Positions 30,170-39,548 of a stretch of DNA of 47,241 nt are shown here, one piece after another. This stretch comes from Mycobacteriales bacterium. Its GTDB lineage: Bacteria; Actinomycetota; Actinomycetes; Mycobacteriales; SCTD01. Every line of letters begins with the position of its first letter. The first letter of the stretch is position 1. The position numbers and the translations under genes are program-made. A model generated the notes under the pieces. That model was not told the origin of the DNA. It was given only the letters and a program-made list of their open reading frames with translations, and did no database searches. The stretch spans positions 1-47,241 of the forward strand of contig JBKJVH010000009.1 of NCBI GenBank assembly GCA_046590985.1, given 5' to 3'.

Positions 30170-30943
30170 CTACTTCAGCGGTGCGCCGACCCCGACCATC
30201 GTGCTGACGCCGCCATCGACGACGTACAGCGAACCCGTGACGTACGCGGAGCCGGGGCCGGCCAGGAAGAGGACCACCGAGGCGATCTCCTCCACCCCCC
30301 CGAACCGCTTCATGGGGATCTGCTTGAGGATCCCCTTCCCGCCGTCCTTCTCGAGCAGCCCCTCCACCAGGTCGGTGGGCGAGAAGCCCGGCAGGACGGC
30401 GTTCACCCGGACGCCGAACCGTGCGAACTCCACGGCGGCACACTGGGTGAAGGCGTTGATCGCGCCCTTGGACGCGGCGTAGTTCGACTCGCCGATCCAG
30501 CCGCGCTGGCCCATGACGGAGGACACGTTCACGATGACCCCGTCGCGGTTGAGCATGAACTGCTCGAGCGCGGCCTTGGAGCAGTTGAACGTACCGCCGA
30601 AGTTGACCTTCATGACGTCGAGCCAGTCGCCCGGCGCCATGTTGTAGATGAGGCCGTCCTTGGCGATGCCGGCGTTGTTGACGAGCACGTGCAGGTCGCC
30701 GAGCTCAGCAACGGTCTGCTTGACGGCCGCCTCGGCCTGGTCGTACTCCGACACGTCCCCGGCGATGGCCACCGCCCGACCGCCGGCGGCGACGATCTCG
30801 GCCACCACCTCGTCGGCCTGGTCCTTGCGCGAGCGGTAGTTCACCCCGACCGCGGCGCCCTCTGCGGCGACGGCCTTGCAGATGGCTCGGCCGATGCCAC
30901 GGGAGCCCCCCGTGACGAGTACAACACGTCCTTCGAGCTGCAT
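30170..30943 (-). CDS. fabG: 3-oxoacyl-ACP reductase (SDR)
   Basis: TGGSRGIG, VNNAGI, NVSS, YAASK, VNAVLPG. Confidence 0.92.
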   Translation of the reverse strand: MQLEGRVVLVTGGSRGIGRAICKAVAAEGAAVGVNYRSRKDQADEVVAEIVAAGGRAVAIAGDVSEYDQAEAAVKQTVAELGDLHVLVNNAGIAKDGLIYNMAPGDWLDVMKVNFGGTFNCSKAALEQFMLNRDGVIVNVSSVMGQRGWIGESNYAASKGAINAFTQCAAVEFARFGVRVNAVLPGFSPTDLVEGLLEKDGGKGILKQIPMKRFGGVEEIASVVLFLAGPGSAYVTGSLYVVDGGVSTMVGVGAPLK

Positions 30944-30953
30944 ACCGCCCCCT

Positions 30954-31014
30954 GGAAGGTGGACCTTCCGCCGACCTGGCGGAGCCTCTCAAGCCTTACG
31001 CGGCGGATCGTAAG
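30954..31014. promoter_or_regulatory. Inverted repeats in the fabG/ABC divergent region
   Basis: GGAAGGT-gg-ACCTTCC (30954-30969), TCCGCC-N5-GGCGGA and CTTACG-N8-CGTAAG (30995-31014). Confidence 0.35.
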
Positions 31015-31110
31015 CGCACGATGGACATGAGCGCCACTGCCTGTCGAGTAAGAGACATCCGCGCCGCCTACACTCGGCCAGCCTCATCCGAGACAGGACG
31101 GGAGAACGCC

Positions 31111-33570
31111 GTGACGGTCGACGAAGAACCGATGCCTCCGGCAGCGAACGCGGAGCCGCAACCAGAGGCGGACCAACTGCGCTCAGTGCCGTTGTTCACC
31201 CGCGTGGACAGCCCCAGCCTGCTCGCCGACGTGGCAGCGCGGATGCGCCTGGTGTCGCTGGCGGCCGGCGGGACGGTGTTTCGCGAGGGTGACATGAGTA
31301 CCGATTTCTACCTCGTGCGCTCGGGCACGGTGGGGGTCTCCACCGACCTCGGCGGCCGGGTCCGACAGCTCGCGCGGGTTGGCCCGGGGCAGTTCTTCGG
31401 GGAGATCGCACTGCTCGGCGGCGGCCGCCGGTCGGCCACGGTGACCGCCACGACAGACGTCGAGCTCTGGGTGCTGTCGGCGCAGGCGTTCGCGCAGCTC
31501 CAGCTGTCGGCTCCCGCCCTGGCAGCCCAGGTGGCGACCGAGGCGCAGCAGCGCAAGCAGCACTCGAAGACCCTGGCGTACGAGGTGCAGCGCTACCACC
31601 TCGCCGACCTGCTCGAGAGCCGCGCCTCCCTCACCCTCGGCCGGGACGCGAGCAACACCGTCACGCTGGAGTCCCCCCAGGTGTCGCCCTTCCACGCCGT
31701 CATCGGCCGCGACGGCACGGGCTACACGCTGACCGATCTCGACAGCACCACCGGCACGTTCGTCAACGGCAGCCGCATCCACACCGCCCAGCTGGCCGAC
31801 GGCGACGAGCTCTGGATCGGCGACGAGCGGCTGGCCTACGACGCCGGCCAGCTCGCGCAGGTCAACGAGTCGCGGGGCGTGCGGATCGACGCCCGCGGGC
31901 TCTGCCGCGATGTCAAGGGCGGCAAGCGGATCCTGCACGACATCGACCTGACGATCCTGCCCGGCGAGCTGGTCGCCCTCGTCGGCGGTTCGGGGGCCGG
32001 CAAGTCGACCCTGCTCGACGCGCTGTCCGGCGTGCGGCCCGCCACCTCCGGCGGCGTCCTCTACGACGGCCGCGACTACTACGCGAACCTGCCCTTCTAC
32101 CGCAAGACCCTGGGCTACGTGCCGCAGGATGACATCATCCACACCGACCTGCCGCTGCGCCGCACCCTGCTGTACGCCGCCCGACTCCGGCTGCCGCTCG
32201 GGACCCCCCGGGCTGAGCTCGACACCCGGGTCGACGCCGCGCTGGAGCAGCTCGCTCTCACCGGCCAGGCCGATGTGCAGGTCGCGAAGCTCTCGGGCGG
32301 CCAGCGCAAGCGCTGCAGCATGGGCGTTGAGCTACTCACGCAGCCGCGCGCCTTCTTCCTCGACGAGCCGACCTCGGGGCTCGACCCGGCAACCGACGCC
32401 CAGATGATGCGGCTGCTGCGCCGGATCGCGGACGTCGGCGACACCGTCCTGGTCACCACGCACGCCACCAAGAGCGTGATGCTGTGCGACAAGGTGGTGT
32501 TCCTGGCGCGCGGCGGGCACCTTGCCTTCGTCGGCCCTCCGGCGCGCGCGCTGGCCTACTTCGGCACCTCGTCCTTCGACGAGATCTACGACCGGCTGGC
32601 CGACGAGGACACGCCCGAGGAATGGGCCGAGCGGTTCCGCACCTCGCCCGACATGGACACTGTGCGTGAGCAGCAGGTCGCACAACCGACACCCACGGTC
32701 GGCGACACCAGCGGCGGGGGGCACCGCAGCCCGCTGCCCGCGCTCCGCGAGGCCTTCCGTCAGTTCCGGGTGCTGACCGCCCGCACCACCGACATCAGCG
32801 TCCACAACCCGGCGGTCCTCATGCCGTTGATCGTCCTACCCCTCGTCAGCACGCTGCTGCTGCTGGCGCTGTTCCCCTCGAACGTCTTCAGCGACAAGAG
32901 CCACCTGTCACGGCCGCTGCAGGTCATCTTGCTGCTGACCTTCACGACGTTCCTGAGCGGCCTGCTGACGGGGATCCTGGCGATCGTCAAGGAGCTGCCC
33001 ATCTTCCTCCGAGAACGCATGGTCGGGGTCGGCGTGACGCCCTACCTGCTGTCGAAGGCGACGTTCCTCGGACCGGTCGTGGCGCTGCAGGCCGCCGTCA
33101 TGGTCGGCATCCTGCGCGTCACGAACCGGCTGCCCGCCGACGGCTGGTCGTTCTACGGACCGCTACTGCTGACCACGGTGCTCGTGGGGCTGGCGGCGAT
33201 GGCCGCGGCCCTGTTCACCTCGGCGGTCTCGCGCACACCCCAGCAGGCGACCGATTTCCTGTCGATCTGGATCATGCCCCAGATGCTCTTCTCGGGCGCC
33301 CTGTTCGCCGTCCCGACGATGACGATCGTGGGGCGGCTGTTGGCCGACATCACGGTGGTGCGCTTCGCCTTCGAGGCCAACGCCGAGCACACCGGGCTGC
33401 TGAAGCTCTTCCGTGACTCGGGCACACCGGCAGGCCAGTCCCTGACCAGCGACTACGGCTCCAGCTTCACGATCGACCGGCTGACGCACTGGGGGATCCT
33501 GGTGGTGTTCATCGTCGTCCCGCTGGTCGCGGCCCGGGTGATCCTGGCGAAGCGCGCCCAGACCCGCTGA
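31111..33570 (+). CDS. cNMP-FHA-ABC ATPase-ABC2 membrane exporter (Rv1747-like architecture plus cNMP domain)
   Basis: FFGEIALLGGGRRSATV; LGRD...VSPFHA...GTFVNG; GGSGAGKS, LSGGQ, FLDEPTSGLD; hydrophobic C-terminus. GTG 31111 follows GGAG. Confidence 0.93.
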   Translation: MTVDEEPMPPAANAEPQPEADQLRSVPLFTRVDSPSLLADVAARMRLVSLAAGGTVFREGDMSTDFYLVRSGTVGVSTDLGGRVRQLARVGPGQFFGEIALLGGGRRSATVTATTDVELWVLSAQAFAQLQLSAPALAAQVATEAQQRKQHSKTLAYEVQRYHLADLLESRASLTLGRDASNTVTLESPQVSPFHAVIGRDGTGYTLTDLDSTTGTFVNGSRIHTAQLADGDELWIGDERLAYDAGQLAQVNESRGVRIDARGLCRDVKGGKRILHDIDLTILPGELVALVGGSGAGKSTLLDALSGVRPATSGGVLYDGRDYYANLPFYRKTLGYVPQDDIIHTDLPLRRTLLYAARLRLPLGTPRAELDTRVDAALEQLALTGQADVQVAKLSGGQRKRCSMGVELLTQPRAFFLDEPTSGLDPATDAQMMRLLRRIADVGDTVLVTTHATKSVMLCDKVVFLARGGHLAFVGPPARALAYFGTSSFDEIYDRLADEDTPEEWAERFRTSPDMDTVREQQVAQPTPTVGDTSGGGHRSPLPALREAFRQFRVLTARTTDISVHNPAVLMPLIVLPLVSTLLLLALFPSNVFSDKSHLSRPLQVILLLTFTTFLSGLLTGILAIVKELPIFLRERMVGVGVTPYLLSKATFLGPVVALQAAVMVGILRVTNRLPADGWSFYGPLLLTTVLVGLAAMAAALFTSAVSRTPQQATDFLSIWIMPQMLFSGALFAVPTMTIVGRLLADITVVRFAFEANAEHTGLLKLFRDSGTPAGQSLTSDYGSSFTIDRLTHWGILVVFIVVPLVAARVILAKRAQTR

Positions 33571-33572
33571 CC

Positions 33573-35009
33573 TCAGAGCGTCAGGACCGTCAGCCGCGGG
33601 GTGTCGGTCGCGCCGCCCTCGCGGAAGCCCTCCACCACCAGCACCCGGTCACCGGGCACCGCTAGGTCGAGCTTGAGCGCCAGCCGACGGGCGAGGTCAT
33701 CCGGGGTCGCGAGCTCGGCAGCCTCGACCGCGCAGGGCACCACGCCCCAGAGAAGGCTCATCTGCAGCAGTGTCCGCTCCGCCGCGACCGCGCCGATGAC
33801 CGGAGCACCTGGCCGGGCCGCGGACATCACCCTCGCGGTCGCGCCGGTGCCACCCGTCGAGACGACCACGATGGCCCGCAGCTTCAGGTCCCGCGACAGC
33901 TGCGCCGTCGCCTGCGCGACCGACTCCGCGACGGGTGAGCCGGCCGGGCCGCTGTCGTGGTCCAACCGGAACCGCGACGTGGCGAACAGGTGCGCCTCGG
34001 CCTGCCGCGCGATCCGATCCATCATCTCCACGGCCCGTACGGGGTAGCGCCCGCTGGCGGTCTCCGCCGACAGCATCACGGCGTCGGCGCCCCCGAACAC
34101 CGCGGTCGCCACGTCCGAGACCTCAGCCCGGGTCGGTTGCGCGCTCTCGATCATCGACTCGAGCATCTGAGTCGCGACGATGCAGGGCTTGTTGTGCCGG
34201 CGAGCCATCGCGAGGAGCTCGCGCTGGATGATCGGCACCTCCTCCGGAGCCATCTCCACCCCGAGGTCCCCGCGGGCGACCATGATGCCGTCCGACGCCA
34301 TCACGATCGCCTCCATGTCGGCGACCGCCTCGGGCCGCTCGATCTTCGCGATCACCTTCGGCGGCGACTCGCCCGGCAGCAGCTCGGAGAGGTCCGCGAG
34401 GTCCGCAACGCTCCGGACGAACGACAGCGCGAGGTAGTCCACGCCCAGGTCGATCGCGAACCGGGCGTCGACGCGGTCCTTGTCGGTGAGGGCCGGGGCG
34501 GACAGCGCGCTGTCGGGCAGGTTCATACCCTTGCGGTCCTTCAACGGCCCGCCGCGCCTGATGGTGCAGGCGATCTCGGTGCCGTCGACGCTGTCGACGA
34601 CGAGCTCGAGCTTGCCGTCGTCGAACAGGATGCGACCGCCCGGCTCGATCTCCGAGTGCAGCTGCAGGTACTGCGACGGGATCAGCCCGGGCTCCCCCTC
34701 GACCTGCCGCGTCGTCACCACCACCTGCTCGCCCTCGACGAGGTCGATGACGCCGCCGGCGAAGACACCGACCCGGATCTTGGGGCCGCACAGGTCGGCC
34801 AGGATGCCGATGGGCTTGCCCGCAGACGCGGCAGCCGCACGTACCAGGTGGAAGGCGCGGGCGTGGCCGTCGTGGTCGCCGTGGGACATGTTGAGGCGGA
34901 AGACGCCGACCCCCGCGGCGATCAGCCGAGCGATCGTGTCCGGGTCGCTGGAGGTCGGCCCGAGGGTCGCGACGATCTTGGTGCGGCGGAGCTTGAGCAG
35001 CTCGGTCAC
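33573..35009 (-). CDS. pyk: Pyruvate kinase
   Basis: RRTKIVATLGP, RLNMSHG, IAKIE, GIMVARGDLGVE, ATQMLESM, DAVMLSAETA. Confidence 0.97.
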   Translation of the reverse strand: MTELLKLRRTKIVATLGPTSSDPDTIARLIAAGVGVFRLNMSHGDHDGHARAFHLVRAAAASAGKPIGILADLCGPKIRVGVFAGGVIDLVEGEQVVVTTRQVEGEPGLIPSQYLQLHSEIEPGGRILFDDGKLELVVDSVDGTEIACTIRRGGPLKDRKGMNLPDSALSAPALTDKDRVDARFAIDLGVDYLALSFVRSVADLADLSELLPGESPPKVIAKIERPEAVADMEAIVMASDGIMVARGDLGVEMAPEEVPIIQRELLAMARRHNKPCIVATQMLESMIESAQPTRAEVSDVATAVFGGADAVMLSAETASGRYPVRAVEMMDRIARQAEAHLFATSRFRLDHDSGPAGSPVAESVAQATAQLSRDLKLRAIVVVSTGGTGATARVMSAARPGAPVIGAVAAERTLLQMSLLWGVVPCAVEAAELATPDDLARRLALKLDLAVPGDRVLVVEGFREGGATDTPRLTVLTL

Positions 35010-35099
35010 GGCGCTTCCCCCAGGTTGGCTCGTCCCGTCGCACGATGGCACAGTTCCAGCGCCCCGTGAAAGGTCGCGTAGTGGGGCGTGGTGCCCATC

Positions 35100-35426
35100 T
35101 CAGCCCGGTGAGTCCCAGCTGTAGAACTCGCGGGCAGTGGCATCCTTCGGGGACTTCCACGTGGCAGGGTTGTACGGCACGATGTGGGCGTCGAGCTTGC
35201 GACTGATCTCGACGAAGGCCGGGTGGTCCCGAACCTCGGCGACCTTGTCGTCGAAGGAGTCCTCGAGCTCCACCAGGTGGATGTAGATGTCCTCCAGGAT
35301 GAACAGGCTCCGGTGCCTGACACCCACCAGCCCAGGAAGCTCGCCGCCATCGGACTCGGCGAAGATTTTCGCCACCGCATCCTCAGACCCTGGCTTGATC
35401 TTCGCCACGATCACTCCACGTCGCAC
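35100..35426 (-). CDS. TcmI-family type II polyketide cyclase
   Basis: IVAKIKPGSE...IFAESD..ELP..VGVRHRSLF...YIHL...PYNPATWKSPKDATAREFYSW; GGGAG RBS. Confidence 0.92.
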   Translation of the reverse strand: MRRGVIVAKIKPGSEDAVAKIFAESDGGELPGLVGVRHRSLFILEDIYIHLVELEDSFDDKVAEVRDHPAFVEISRKLDAHIVPYNPATWKSPKDATAREFYSWDSPG

Positions 35427-35478
35427 GCCACCACTCCCCTTCGGTCTGCGCCCGGTGCTGCGACGCGGTGTTCCTTGG

Positions 35479-37101
35479 TCATGCGCCGGGCGGCGGCTGC
35501 TCCAGCCAGATGGTTCCCCAGTACGGCCCGCGCCCGAAATTCGGGGGTACGGTCGCGAGCGAGAACCGCAGATCGCCGGCCGCGTTGCGGAAGATGCCGG
35601 TGCTCTTCTCGCCGTTGACCCAGAGCTTCGCGCTGAGAACGCCGCGCCCGCCGCTTTCCAGGAAGTCGAGCAAGAGGTCACCGTGCTTGGTGTTGATGAT
35701 CAGATGCCCGGCCATGTCGTAGTTCGGTGCGGTGATCTCCACCTGCCCGGTCGAGCCGAGGAAGATACCGGTGCACTTCTCCGGATCGACGGTGGCCATC
35801 ACCTCCATGTAGAACGGCCGCCCGGGGAACAGTCCGCGCGGACCACCGGGGGGACCACCAGGGGGACCACCGGCACCGGGCGGACCACCGGCACCGGGCG
35901 GACCACCAGGCGGGCCATGTGGCGGGCCGCCGGGGGGGAGGTCCGGCATGCCAGCCAGGCCATCCTTCCCGTCGGCGAACGGATGCTCGGTCGGGCGCGG
36001 GGTGAGCAGGGATCGGATCTCCTGCTTGATGGTGAGCGCGATCGAGCCGTTGGGCAGATCGAGAACGAAGTCCCGCTCGTGGGGTGTCGTGCTCCCGAAC
36101 CGGTAGCCCTGGTAGAGCCCCTCGAGCGGCCCCGTGAAGATGCCACTCGATCCCTCCTTGAAACCGAGCGTCCTGATCTCGCCGCGGACCGGGAACCTGC
36201 CCGCCATCTCCTTGTCGGAGCGCTCGTACGCAGACGTCGACCCCATCGGATGCTTGGCCAGGTACTCCGCGAACGCGCTGGCCATTCCCGGCGGGTCCAT
36301 CAGAGCCAGCGCGTGCTCGGCCTTCTCCAAGACCATCGTCTCGGTCTGCGGGATCCACGTCTTCAGGATCTCGTGAACCTTCTGCGCGCGTTCCGGGCTG
36401 TGCGCTCCGAGCACCGAGAGGGTGGGCTGCGTCACGTCCTTGGCATCTGCAGGAGTGAAGTTCCACGCAAAGGCGGCTGGCATCTCGATCTTCAGGAACG
36501 TGCCCGCGTCCCTGATCGCCTGGTCGAACTCGCCGGTCTCGGTGAGCCAGTCGAGGACTTCTCGGAAGGCGCTTCCTGCGCGCGTTTCCAAGAAGAGGGT
36601 GAGCGCGCCGCGCACATCACCGGAGTCGTAGGTCTCACCCACGCGACGCATGCCCTCGATGAACAGCTGCTGGTTCTTGGCGGCGTCCGGCAGCCCAGCC
36701 GCTCCCTCGGCCTTCGCGATCGCACCCATGATCGCCGGCTCCATCAACACCAGCGTCTGCACCATGTCGGGATGATCTATGGCGGCCTGGATGGCGATCA
36801 CCCCACCCAGGGAGTGGCCGATGAAATGCGCCTTCTTCAGACCCAGGTGATCCAGCAAGGCTTTGCAGTCCGCCACCTGGTCCTCGATCGTGGCCCGACC
36901 CGGCGGCTTCTCGCTGCCGGCGAAGCCCCGCCGGTGGTAGTTGATCACCCGGTAGTTCTCGGTGAGCGCCGGCTCCTTCGCGATCGGCACGTTCTCGTCG
37001 GCCAGCAGTCCTCCATGCAGGAGCACGACCGGTTCCCCGCTGCCCGCGATGGTGTATTCCAGCTCTACGCCGTTGACGCGTGCCCGTTCCATCGAAGCCA
37101 C
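35479..37101 (-). CDS. Alpha/beta hydrolase fused to a C-terminal beta-rich region with a Gly/Pro insert
   Basis: LLHGG, YHRRGFAGS, nucleophile GHSLG, His in AEHAL; ~240 extra aa at the C-terminus. Alternative start ATG 37092. Confidence 0.88.
   Translation of the reverse strand: MASMERARVNGVELEYTIAGSGEPVVLLHGGLLADENVPIAKEPALTENYRVINYHRRGFAGSEKPPGRATIEDQVADCKALLDHLGLKKAHFIGHSLGGVIAIQAAIDHPDMVQTLVLMEPAIMGAIAKAEGAAGLPDAAKNQQLFIEGMRRVGETYDSGDVRGALTLFLETRAGSAFREVLDWLTETGEFDQAIRDAGTFLKIEMPAAFAWNFTPADAKDVTQPTLSVLGAHSPERAQKVHEILKTWIPQTETMVLEKAEHALALMDPPGMASAFAEYLAKHPMGSTSAYERSDKEMAGRFPVRGEIRTLGFKEGSSGIFTGPLEGLYQGYRFGSTTPHERDFVLDLPNGSIALTIKQEIRSLLTPRPTEHPFADGKDGLAGMPDLPPGGPPHGPPGGPPGAGGPPGAGGPPGGPPGGPRGLFPGRPFYMEVMATVDPEKCTGIFLGSTGQVEITAPNYDMAGHLIINTKHGDLLLDFLESGGRGVLSAKLWVNGEKSTGIFRNAAGDLRFSLATVPPNFGRGPYWGTIWLEQPPPGA
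35840..35938 (-). repeat. Coding GGPP tandem repeat
   Basis: PPGGPPHGPPGGPPGAGGPPGAGGPPGGPPGGP; 18-bp unit ggaccaccggcaccgggc duplicated. Confidence 0.85.
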
Positions 37102-37138
37102 CTCGTCCTACCTCTCTCAGATCAAGCAGGTGGGCGGG

Positions 37139-37167
37139 AGTGTTCTCCATGAGGATCAACGGGTCAA
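37139..37167 (-). promoter_or_regulatory. Promoter P3 TTGACC-N17-AACACT for the hydrolase-TcmI(-pyk) unit
   Basis: Same hexamers and spacer as P1; AGCA[A/G]GTGGGCGGGAGTGTT is shared 19/20 with P1. Confidence 0.7.
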
Positions 37168-37211
37168 CACATCCGCACTGTCGGTCATCTGACCTTTGTC
37201 GGCGGTCGAGA

Positions 37212-37239
37212 ACGGCCCCGCCAAGGGTGGGGCGGCCGT
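37212..37239 (-). terminator. Imperfect GC hairpin after the ABM gene
   Basis: ACGGCC...GGCCGT enclosing GCCCCACC/GGCGGGGC; lies between the ABM stop and P3. Confidence 0.3.
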
Positions 37240-37541
37240 CAGTGGCCGGTCTCCTGAACGACCTCGAACTTCAGCGAGCGGGCCTCAGCGAAGCACTCAC
37301 GCATCGGCTTCACGAGATCGCGGTGCTCCTGTGTGCGCTCCCATTCAAGGAAGTCCTCGAGGTCGTCCCACTCGCTCGTGATCAGCCAGCTGTCGTCGTC
37401 GTCTGGCATCCGGCAGACCTGGTCCAGGATGTGGCCCTTGACGCCGTTGGCAACAAGGTGCCGGATGCCTTCATAGGCCTCGAGAAACTGCTGCTGGGTG
37501 CCCGGCTTGAGGCGGAGCAGGAACACGACCCGAGCTTTCAC
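37239..37541 (-). CDS. Antibiotic biosynthesis monooxygenase (SchA/CurD-like single domain)
   Basis: RVVFLLRLKPG...FLEAYE...GHILDQVC...WLITSEW...FLEWE...HRDLVKPMR; GAGGAGG RBS. Confidence 0.88.
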   Translation of the reverse strand: MKARVVFLLRLKPGTQQQFLEAYEGIRHLVANGVKGHILDQVCRMPDDDDSWLITSEWDDLEDFLEWERTQEHRDLVKPMRECFAEARSLKFEVVQETGH

Positions 37542-37811
37542 GTCTATGCCTCCTCGAGCGAAGGGACCGAACGTAACAGCCCTGAGCGCGCCGGAGCAAT
37601 CACGGAAATGCCAGCTGCGGAAAGGCCGGCACTGCCCGCGCGATCGACTCGATCGGCGACCCCGCTCTCGTGGCCTGTGCGTACGTCGCGCGCCGTGGAA
37701 GAGTCAGTCGCGGGGACTTCGTCGGCGCCCGCGGATGTTCACCTGCGCTGAGAAGCCTTCAGCACTGAACCGGTCTTACCGTTCGAGCAACCACCTCTGG
37801 AGGACGAAGCC

Positions 37812-38225
37812 ATGACGTCGCACCGCATCGTGACAGCCGCAGATGTCGCCGGAGACCGGCGGCATGGCGCCGAGATCAAAGCCCTGCTGGGCCCGAAGTC
37901 GGTGCAGGCCACCGCAGGGTTCATGGGCGTCGGGACCATCCGCCCCGGCGAGGTGATCCGCGAGCACTACCACCCTTACTCGGAGGAGTTCACCTATCTC
38001 GTCTCGGGAAGCCTGATCGCCACCGTCGACGGGGAGGCGCAGGAGGTCGTTGCCGGACAGGGGCTGCTCGTCCCGATCAACAGCCGGCACCGGTTGTCGA
38101 ACGAGGGCACCGAGGACGCCTTCATCGTGTTCAGCCTCGCCCCGCTCGCTCCTCGTCCAGACCTCGGACACGTCTCGACCGAGGAGGCCGACGAAGCGGG
38201 TGTCAGCCATCCAGCACAAGACTAG
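37812..38225 (+). CDS. Cupin-type polyketide cyclase (TcmJ/WhiE-II-like)
   Basis: RRHGAEIKALLGPKSV...GFMGV...EHYHPYSEEF...LAPLAPRPDLGHVSTE. Confidence 0.92.
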   Translation: MTSHRIVTAADVAGDRRHGAEIKALLGPKSVQATAGFMGVGTIRPGEVIREHYHPYSEEFTYLVSGSLIATVDGEAQEVVAGQGLLVPINSRHRLSNEGTEDAFIVFSLAPLAPRPDLGHVSTEEADEAGVSHPAQD

Positions 38226-38285
38226 ATACGGGTTCCTGACCTGTGCCATGCTGCCGCGCGTTGACATGGAAGGTCGGGAGTGAAC

Positions 38286-39548
38286 ATGCGCCGAGCAGCC
38301 GTAACGGGCGTGGGAGTGGTGGCTCCGGGGGGGACCACGCGCGAGGCCTTTTGGGAGATGATCACGGCCGGGCGTACCGCGACCCGCAGAATCACCCTCT
38401 TCGACCCGAGCGGGTTTCGGTCGCAGATCGCCGCAGAGTGCGACTTCGACGGCAAAGCCGCCGGTCTGACGGACCAGGAGATGCGGCGACAGGACCGCTA
38501 CATCCAGTTCGCCGTCGCCGCAGGCATGGAGGCGATGTCCGACAGCGGCCTCGACCTGGACACCGTCGACCGAGACCGCATGGGAGTCGCCATGGGCAGC
38601 GCCGTCGGCGGCACCACGGGTCTGGAGGACGAGTACGTCGTCGTCAGCAACCACGGCGAGAAGTGGCTGGTCGACCCGGAGTACGCCATGCCCTTCGTCT
38701 ACCAGGCTCTCGTTCCGAGCAGCCTCGTCAGCGAGCTGGCCATGAAGTTCGGTGCACATGGACCCGGGACCGTCGTGTCGACGGGCTGCACCTCCGGGAT
38801 CGACAGCATCGGGTACGCGTTTCACATGATCGCCGACGGTCGCGCCGACGTGGTGATCACCGGCGCGGCGGACTCACCGATCTCGCCGATTTCGATGGCG
38901 TGCTTCGACGCCATCAAGGCCACCTCGGCAAACAACGACGACGCGGCACACGCCTCGCGGCCCTTCGACCGCGACCGTGACGGCTTCGTGATGGGCGAGG
39001 GGTCCGCGGTGTTGATCCTGGAGGAGTACGAGAGCGCCGTGGCCCGAGGCGCGCACATCTACTGCGAAGTGCTGGGCTATGCGACCCGGGGCAATGCCTT
39101 CCACATGACCGGCCTCCGCCCTGACGGCGAGGAGATGACCGTCGCCATCATCGACGCCATGGGCCAGCGAGGGGTCACGCCCGCGGACGTCGACTACATC
39201 AATGCACACGGTTCGGGCACCAAGCAGAACGACAGGCACGAGACTGCAGCGTTCAAGCGCTCACTCGGCGACCGGGCCTACGACATCCCCGTGAGCTCGA
39301 TCAAGTCGATGATCGGCCATTCGCTCGGAGCCATCGGCGCACTGGAGATGGCGGCGTGCGCGCTCGCCATCGACCGGGGGGTCGTACCGCCCACGGCCAA
39401 CTATGCCAATCCCGACCCGGAGTGCGACCTCAACTACACGCCGAACAAGGCCCTGGAAACCACGGTCGACGTCGCCCTCTCGGTGGGCAGCGGCTTCGGC
39501 GGTTTCCAGTCCGCGATGCTCTTCGGCAAGCTCGAGCCGACCTCATGA
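38286..39548 (+). CDS. Type II PKS ketosynthase alpha
   Basis: [52 protein letters not shown]. Confidence 0.97.
   Translation: MRRAAVTGVGVVAPGGTTREAFWEMITAGRTATRRITLFDPSGFRSQIAAECDFDGKAAGLTDQEMRRQDRYIQFAVAAGMEAMSDSGLDLDTVDRDRMGVAMGSAVGGTTGLEDEYVVVSNHGEKWLVDPEYAMPFVYQALVPSSLVSELAMKFGAHGPGTVVSTGCTSGIDSIGYAFHMIADGRADVVITGAADSPISPISMACFDAIKATSANNDDAAHASRPFDRDRDGFVMGEGSAVLILEEYESAVARGAHIYCEVLGYATRGNAFHMTGLRPDGEEMTVAIIDAMGQRGVTPADVDYINAHGSGTKQNDRHETAAFKRSLGDRAYDIPVSSIKSMIGHSLGAIGALEMAACALAIDRGVVPPTANYANPDPECDLNYTPNKALETTVDVALSVGSGFGGFQSAMLFGKLEPTS

Noticed and set aside
22530-30943. True ladderane synthesis or a beta-branching cassette
   Set aside because: No cluster radical SAM enzyme (MiaB is housekeeping), and no HMG-CoA synthase or enoyl-CoA hydratase pair.
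35840-35938. Direct repeats as a CRISPR array or non-coding VNTR
   Set aside because: In-frame Gly/Pro coding repeat without spacers; no cas genes.
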